Of a DNA stretch of 64,000 nt, positions 58,239 through 64,000 are shown one piece after another (position 1 is the first letter of the stretch; every line of letters begins with the position of its first letter). Source of the DNA: Dehalococcoidia bacterium (lineage in GTDB: Bacteria > Chloroflexota > Dehalococcoidia > DSTF01 > WHTK01). The notes beneath the pieces were generated by a model that made no database searches, was not told the DNA's origin, and saw only the letters and a program-made list of their open reading frames with translations. Both the position numbers and the translations under genes were made by a program. The stretch lies in contig OZ240228.1 in NCBI GenBank assembly GCA_965197795.1, positions 813,128 through 877,127 on the forward strand. Direction: 5' to 3'.

Positions 58239-58607
58239 TTGTCGCCGCCGTTGAAGTCTGCTCGCTGAGCTGCGAGTGGGAAGCAACCAGGCTCGGTGCC
58301 GGATCATCGGTGGAGGAGACAGCGCTGGGAGCGGCATCAATCCGGCCACCGTTCAGCCCGTTGTGCTCAAACTCCAGACACAACTGCAGAGCGCTCATCG
58401 CCCTGGGCCGTACGCGTCGGGGAGCCTGAGCCGGCATCTCCCGCTGCGATGTCTCGAAAGATGCGCTGCCAGAGCTCTGTCCAAGCAGCGTTCCGGGTTC
58501 CGGCCACCCAGGTTGCCTCGATGGCAACTTGTTCTGCCGCTGAACTCTGCTTCACGCGACTGGGGTTCGCTGGACCTGATACTCGACGTTTGCGCGGCTT
58601 GGCCAAA

Positions 58608-58757
58608 GGTAGCCTCCGAGAGGCCCGGCCTGCCAGCTGGCGCTACCCTGGGGCTTGGTTACCGCCTTCAGCGGTTGCCCACGGATTATTGGTCGGCAGG
58701 TCGAACCTCGTTGGTTCTTACCTGCAAAGGCGTGACGACGAGCGTCACATCGTGACG
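58608..58757. repeat. second copy of the conserved ~150-bp palindrome-rich 3'-flank segment (see 20848-20997)
   Basis: About 85% identical to 20848-20997, including CGTGACGacgagCGTCACatCGTGACGG. Confidence 0.6.
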
Positions 58758-58764
58758 GCCGCCG

Positions 58765-59000
58765 TCACACCGAGGGGGCGATTCGCCAATGCACCGGCTC
58801 GTCGGGTGCGTAGACAAACACGGCCCCGCGCCGAATGCATCGCTGGAGGTGTATAGCGAGTGAGGGCATCACTTCTGCAAGGCTTGATTCAACGCGACCG
58901 ATGGCCTTGGAGATGTTTGTGCGGGCTCTTTCCTGGGGCCCTGCCACCCTGCGAGCCTTCCCGCCCAGTCCAATCACACGCGACGGGCACCGGAGCTGAT
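58765..59000 (-). pseudogene. C-terminal fragment (~80 aa) paralogous to the 391-aa protein at 21010..22185
   Basis: VIGLGGKARRVAGPQERARTNISKAIGRVESSLAEVMPSLAIHLQRCIRRGAVFVYAPDEPVHWRI aligns with VIGLGSRPRRVQGPAEKARTSISHALDRVEDQLADILPALASHLKHSVKRGASFSYEPEEAIEWKI. Confidence 0.45.
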
Positions 59001-59001
59001 A

Positions 59002-59913
59002 GCGACTGAGGCAGAGGCGCTGCAAGAAGTCTGGAGGCGCCGAGCCGAGGGCGAGTCCATGGGGGAACTCGCTGCATGGCTGAACGACCTCGGCTTCAAG
59101 ACTCGGGAAGGCAATCGGTTCACCGCCCACGCGATCAAAGACATCTTCAACAACCGCTTCTACCTTGGCTTGGTTATCTACCGTGGCATCGAATATCCGG
59201 GGCAGCACGAGGCGCTGATCTCGCGGTACGTCTTTGACCAGGTGCAGGAAAGACGCGGTGGAATCCGAGCACCACGTAAGGTCTGGCAGGAAACAGGTGT
59301 GTTGCAGGGATTCATCTCGTGTGGCCTCTGTGGCAACCCTCTGCAGTCGGACCGGTCCCGCTTCGGCAAGCCCATGTACCGAGAGCGTCACGGCCACCAG
59401 TGTGAATCGAATGGACACTCGGCAATGGCAGATGTCTTCGACAATGAGTTAGGCGTGATCCTGCGCAGCCTCGAGCTTGAACCAGCATGGTGTGACCGCA
59501 TCGCACACCTGGCGGTGTCTGACTACCAAGGGCCCAGCGAAGCGGAACTTCGCAACAGACTGAGGAAGTTGGGCGTGGCTTACGTTGAAACCGGCATGTC
59601 AGATGCCCGGTACAGACATCGAAAGGCAGAGTTAGAAGATCAGATCAAGGCAGCCAGTGCGGTCGTGCCGCCTTCTTATGAAGAGGCAGCGGCTCTACTC
59701 TTGGATTTGGAAGCACTCTGGAAAGAGGCTACGCCGGAAGAACGTCGAAAGCTCATCAGCCCGCTGATCGAACGCGTCTACGTGGACATGGAGCTAAAGC
59801 TTGTGGGGGCGATCACGCCAACGCCGGCATTCAGGGCTCTACTGCGGTGTGCGGTACAAAGAGCGGCTCCAACATCATCCTGGTCTCTCAAGAGGACATG
59901 CAAAGGCCGGTGA
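59002..59913 (+). pseudogene. large serine recombinase, C-terminal two-thirds only (resolvase catalytic domain missing)
   Basis: The open frame from 58888 reads ...APELIATEAEALQEVWRRRAEGESMGELAAWLNDLGFKTREGNRFTAHAIKDIFNNRFYLGLVIYRG...CGLCGNPL (recombinase domain and zinc ribbon). No S-containing N-terminal domain. Confidence 0.6.
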
Positions 59914-59943
59914 TTTCTTGGTGGAGACGGGGGAGAATCGAAC
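59912..59943 (-). repeat. 31-bp direct repeat resembling a tRNA/tmRNA 3' end on the minus strand (…TTCGATTCTCCCCCGTCTCCACCA), copy 1
   Basis: ATTTCTTGGTGGAGACGGGGGAGAATCGAAC. The reverse complement ends GTTCGATTCTCCCCCGTCTCCACCAAGAAAT. Second copy at 62159-62189. Confidence 0.55.
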
Positions 59944-60727
59944 TCGGCGGTAGAACTTCCACAGACGTCCGCAGATGACCTTCATCGAGTACCGTAGATT
60001 CAATATGTTCACTCATCAGTCCGCTAACGGTTGCAGAAGGTCACCAAAATCCGCCGGTGCTGTTGTCGGAACTGTTGTCAATTCAGGGATCGATAGTCTC
60101 TGAGAAGCGAAGAACTTAGGTGCAATTGGAGCGATTCTAACCATGCCACGGAGGCAGCGTGCGGGCCGGCCCTGCATCTGGCGCTGGCAAGTGAAGTCAG
60201 AAGTGTAGGAGAAGGGTGGGAAGGAGACTGCGGTGAGACTCTTGGGCCAGCCAAGTGAGCATGACTCTCGACCTCTACAGACATGTCACGCCGATTATGC
60301 AGAGGGCCGCGGCCGACGCGATGGAGGAAGTCCTGACCTCAGGCTGACCCGAAACTCCGAATCCTCATCTTGGGACCGACGGATTAAAAGTAGGACGGTG
60401 GTGAGAGGCCCCAGAAGGCCCCGTCTTGAATCTGAGTTACTCCCGTTTCGAGCATCTTTCTCGGCGAGTTCGTTGGTCTGCCAGCCGATTAACTCTCTGG
60501 TAATTCCTTGGAATTCGCAAGAATTCGGATTAACTGGAATTAATTCAAAGACACGCAATTTTCTCACTGGATCCGGTGGGGCGGGTCTTCGACAGAGCCA
60601 AAGCGAGTCGAACGACAAGCGATTCAAACGGCGAGCCTTTACGGGTGATTCGTCACGACGCTGTGACAGAGACACTGGAACAGAGCGCAGCCCCGTTGTC
60701 AGTTGCGACAACGGGGCTGCGTCCTTC

Positions 60728-61750
60728 TCAGACCTGTGCGAGCTGAGGAATGACTTTTGCAGGGTTGTGATGGAAGATCTTGATCTTCTCTTCTTCACTG
60801 AGCCAATCAAACGCGGCGATAACAGGAACAAGATCATCTCCTGGAACACCGTTTTCTGGGCGTGGGTGTCGACTAGATCCTGGAGCCTCGACACCAAAGC
60901 ACATCTGGTCGACTCCTTTTTGTCGAATCGCTGCAGTGAGGTAGTTCACCTCAGGTGCATTGGTATCGAAGAAGAGGTTCTTCGTCGTATCCCGAGACGG
61001 TAGGTGTGGATCACCCTGGACAAAGCGGTCGAGTGCTCCACCGCAGTGACAGATGATGAACTTGATATTTGGAAAGCGATCGAAGACGTCTCCGTGACCG
61101 AGCAGCTGCGTAGCGAAAAACTGCTCGACGTAAAATGCCATCTGGTAGTTCTGAGGAATAATTCTCAGCCGACGATCCAAGACGTTCGATGCATGGACGA
61201 TGATCGGGATGTTGCGTCCTTCGCACTCTTCATAGAGCGGATACCAGTAGTCTTCGTGCATTCCTGGCGTTTCACGCTTGCCACCTGGGTCGGGGTTGAC
61301 ATAGGTCGCGACGAAGCCGTACTCGTCAATGCATCGACGAAGTTCAGGCAGCACGTTTGAGGTGTCTTTGTACTCTGAGACGAATGGTAGCTGCGATGCG
61401 CCAAGGAATCGATCAGGGTAGTAGGTGCACTGTTGGTAGATCATCTCGTTGACCTCTCGGCACCAACTCTCCAGCAGATGATCTTGCATCCAAGCCATGT
61501 GGTTAAGTGGGCGAGGGCCAATGACTTGGACATCAATGTTGCGGTCGTCGATGTACTTCACATGGTTTGCAGCGGCCCAGCGAAAGTCCTCATCAGTGAT
61601 TCGGAAATTTGCGGGCAGTCCCTGCCCTGCCTTTAATACCGTGCCAGTTCTGGCAGTGTTTGATCCAAGTAATTGCACAAGCGTTGCGTTCGCCCCAGTT
61701 GGCACGCTGACGTGTGCGTGCACGTCAAGAACTTTGATCCCGTTGTACAT
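60728..61750 (-). CDS. amidohydrolase-2 family (TIM-barrel metal-dependent hydrolase/decarboxylase), lower-GC cargo gene
   Basis: VLDVHAHVSVP...HASN...ICHCGGALD...FDTNA is a PF04909-like pattern. The gene and its upstream region are visibly AT-richer than their surroundings. Confidence 0.6.
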   Translation of the reverse strand: MYNGIKVLDVHAHVSVPTGANATLVQLLGSNTARTGTVLKAGQGLPANFRITDEDFRWAAANHVKYIDDRNIDVQVIGPRPLNHMAWMQDHLLESWCREVNEMIYQQCTYYPDRFLGASQLPFVSEYKDTSNVLPELRRCIDEYGFVATYVNPDPGGKRETPGMHEDYWYPLYEECEGRNIPIIVHASNVLDRRLRIIPQNYQMAFYVEQFFATQLLGHGDVFDRFPNIKFIICHCGGALDRFVQGDPHLPSRDTTKNLFFDTNAPEVNYLTAAIRQKGVDQMCFGVEAPGSSRHPRPENGVPGDDLVPVIAAFDWLSEEEKIKIFHHNPAKVIPQLAQV

Positions 61751-62158
61751 ATAGCCCCCTTAGTGGTGATTCCTAGCCCCGACATTCCCCATATCAACTG
61801 GCTTGGCGGCATCGGGTATGCCTCCCGCCACCTGAAAAGTACGTCCTCCCTGGCAAACGGTCAATCTGCGCTCTCCACACGCACTTCGCCACCCGGTTCA
61901 CCTCCCAAGATATGCTCGACTTGATGGCCGAACCCGAGCTGAGCCCACAGTGAGCCTCTGAGCTATTGGGTCATGCGGATATCACGACAACCTTGCGAAT
62001 CTACTCCCACGTGCTCCCAAGCATGCAAGAGGAGGCCGCGACGGCAATGGATCGAATCTTTGAAGCATGAATTAGTGGCGTCTCTGGATGTTGTCAAAAC
62101 TGTTGTCTATGACACTAGAAAAGCTCCCGAATCTCCGATTTCAGATTCAAAAGCTAGT

Positions 62159-62189
62159 TATTTGTTGGTGGAGACGGGGGAGAATCGAA
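62159..62189 (-). repeat. 31-bp tRNA/tmRNA-3'-end-like direct repeat, copy 2
   Basis: ATTTGTTGGTGGAGACGGGGGAGAATCGAAT. One mismatch to copy 1 over the core 26 bp. Confidence 0.55.
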
Positions 62190-62372
62190 TTCGTCCCACG
62201 TGGTGCCGTGATTGTCCTTAGGTGTCCTCAGCCGTCCGCCACAGACTCGACCTAGTTCGCTGTTCGTCCGTCACTGGTTTCTTTTGTTCGTGGTGGGATT
62301 CTGTGGTTGCTGTCAGCGTTGCTGTCAAAGGAGGGGGGGTGGGGGCCGGACTTTTCTTGCACGTCCGTATTA

Positions 62373-62622
62373 ATGTGGACGGATGCTACCTGTAACCATC
62401 TAACGGGCTGCACCAAGGTCAGTCCTGGATGCGCCCACTGTTACGCCGAAGCGCTCACGCTGAGGTTCAAGAGTGGTGGCCCGTATCCTCGGGGAGTAGG
62501 CAGTGTCAAAACGCATCCCGAGAGGCAGACACTCCTTACGATGGAAATCACCTCGCCGAATCTTCGTCAACAGTATGAGCGACCTCTTCCATGAAGACGC
62601 GCACTCACGATGACATTCCCAC
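62373..62622 (+). pseudogene. phage Gp37/Gp68 (DUF5131) protein fragment, frameshifted and truncated
   Basis: [26 protein letters not shown]...HPER. A shifted frame gives [21 protein letters not shown] followed by a stop. Confidence 0.5.
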
Positions 62623-62773
62623 GGCTCAGGACGCGGTTAGGGCAGTTGGGTCGGCGTGGCGCAATCCCGACGCTCTGGAGCCCACCTATGCCTTCGCCTG
62701 ACTTGCTTAATACTCGTTGCTCTCGCGGGCCGGTTTTGGTTAGGTCGGACGATGACCTTGGCGCAAATCGCCG

Positions 62774-63212
62774 TCAGCCGTTTCCGCCGTAGCTTGCTTG
62801 CCCGGCGGACCGCCACAAAGAAATGGCTTCGAAGGCCAGGATGACAATGGCCAGGGCGGTCAGGTGGCCCCATAACCCGGCGGTAGCTTCATGATTAGGG
62901 GCTATCTTGTCGGCGTATTGCATAAGGAAGCGGACCCACACGACGGCCACCAGGGCGGTGATCACGTCCCGGGGCATCTGAGTCAGGTGATTGCCGGCCC
63001 GGCTGCGAATTCTCAGCGAATCGCCCACGTTGACCAGGACATTGAAGCCCATGACTATCAGCGCCGCCGGATCGGCGATGTAGTCCCAGATGAACTCGCT
63101 TACCGCCTTGTTGTAGGGGTAGTAGAGCTCGTTGAACAGGACCGCAACCGCGGTAATCCCACCCAGGACTGCCAGCCATTTTCGCCACTGTTCCATAGCA
63201 AGCAACACTTTC
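62774..63212 (-). CDS. hypothetical integral membrane protein
   Basis: Four hydrophobic helices (LAVLGGITAVAVLF, ALIVMGFNVLV, ALVAVVWVRFL, ALAIVILAF). Start chosen at MKVLLAMEQW. Confidence 0.35.
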
Positions 63213-64000
63213 ATGAGGGTTGTTATTATTTTACCCAGGGAGTATGGCGGGCCGGACTGTACAAAATCGAAAACCGAGGCCCCTTCGGTAATCAACCCCC
63301 ACCCGATGGCATGGTATCGTGTACGTCAGCGCGGCCTCGTTCCCCACCACCTCGATGCCCTTCACGAAGTTCCGAATCAAGGCTCGTCTCTCCAGCAGCA
63401 GTGCAGATCGACCCTTTGCTGCTCCAACAAACCGGCAGCCTCCTCCCGCATAGTCGTCAGCTTGACCCTGCCTGTGTCTCAACGAGAGCATGCGGGATAA
63501 AGGGCCTCTAGGGCTTCGTAGAGACGCTTCAGCCTAGTCTCCACGTTCCCAAGCTTTACCTCGATGGCCTTCAGCGCTCGTCCAACTCCCCTGCCATGAC
63601 GTACTCGACGCTCAAGTCATGGTCTTGGGGTCTACGCCGGTGCTGCTGAGCGCCTCTATGTGACAGAACATCGGAGTCCTGAAGCATGACGCAGATGGCC
63701 GTACCGGGAGGGCGGGTCAAAAGTCCAAAAGTCATCGCGTCAAGGGAGTGTGGTTGGCAGACGCGCGCGTGGTCGCGAAATAAGCTTTTTGGGATCGGTC
63801 TGAATCTGAGCGCTGCAAATTCGTATCTGAGGACATGAGCAAAAACACGCCAAAACTGGCCAAAACAATGCATTGGGCCACTTTCGCGATAATGCGTATC
63901 CGACGATGCGTCCACGGACGCATCAAGCGCTGACCATCCTGCCGGCATGCAGGTAGCCGTGCCAGGTGGAGCCGGCGACGTCGATCAAGATTGAGAGTGG

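Overview
This is a high-GC (about 65%) bacterial chromosome window. Positions 1-16.5 kb are conserved core genes: a truncated AddB/AdnA-like helicase-nuclease gene, an ECF sigma / anti-sigma pair, a SIMPL lipoprotein, dcd, a riboflavin operon (ribD, ribE, ribBA, ribH) with an antisense methyltransferase pseudogene between ribD and ribE, NUDIX, DUF402, dinB with a candidate SOS box, an HTH regulator, HAD, hemL, PPOX and dnaN. From 16.5 kb to the window end lies a mosaic accessory/defense island of at least 47 kb, beginning where a large serine integrase gene overlaps the dnaN 3' end.

The island contains:
- tandem tyrosine recombinases;
- an uncharacterised two-gene operon (391 aa + 401 aa) with a truncated paralog;
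- an HNH gene upstream of an OLD-family ATPase-Toprim nuclease gene;
- an IS3 orfA remnant;
- an AbiEi-like gene;
- degraded type I-G/I-U cas3 and csb2 fragments with no CRISPR array;
- a four-gene candidate operon of HhH-GPD glycosylase, DruH-like, DruE-like (1793 aa DEXH helicase) and a Cas4-like nuclease, which resembles Druantia type III;
- a type II restriction-modification pair;
- two related phage/satellite-like modules (HNH, TerS, TerL pseudogene, P27 TerS, primase/helicase, Xis);
- a low-GC amidohydrolase cassette flanked by tRNA-like direct repeats.

The island is partitioned by a bipartite repeat unit of about 55 bp, present in seven copies in both orientations. Two copies form the tips of roughly 200-230 bp terminal inverted repeats around a 9.5 kb phage-satellite-like element. 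Many genes carry single-base deletions in G-runs, so some pseudogene calls may be sequencing errors.
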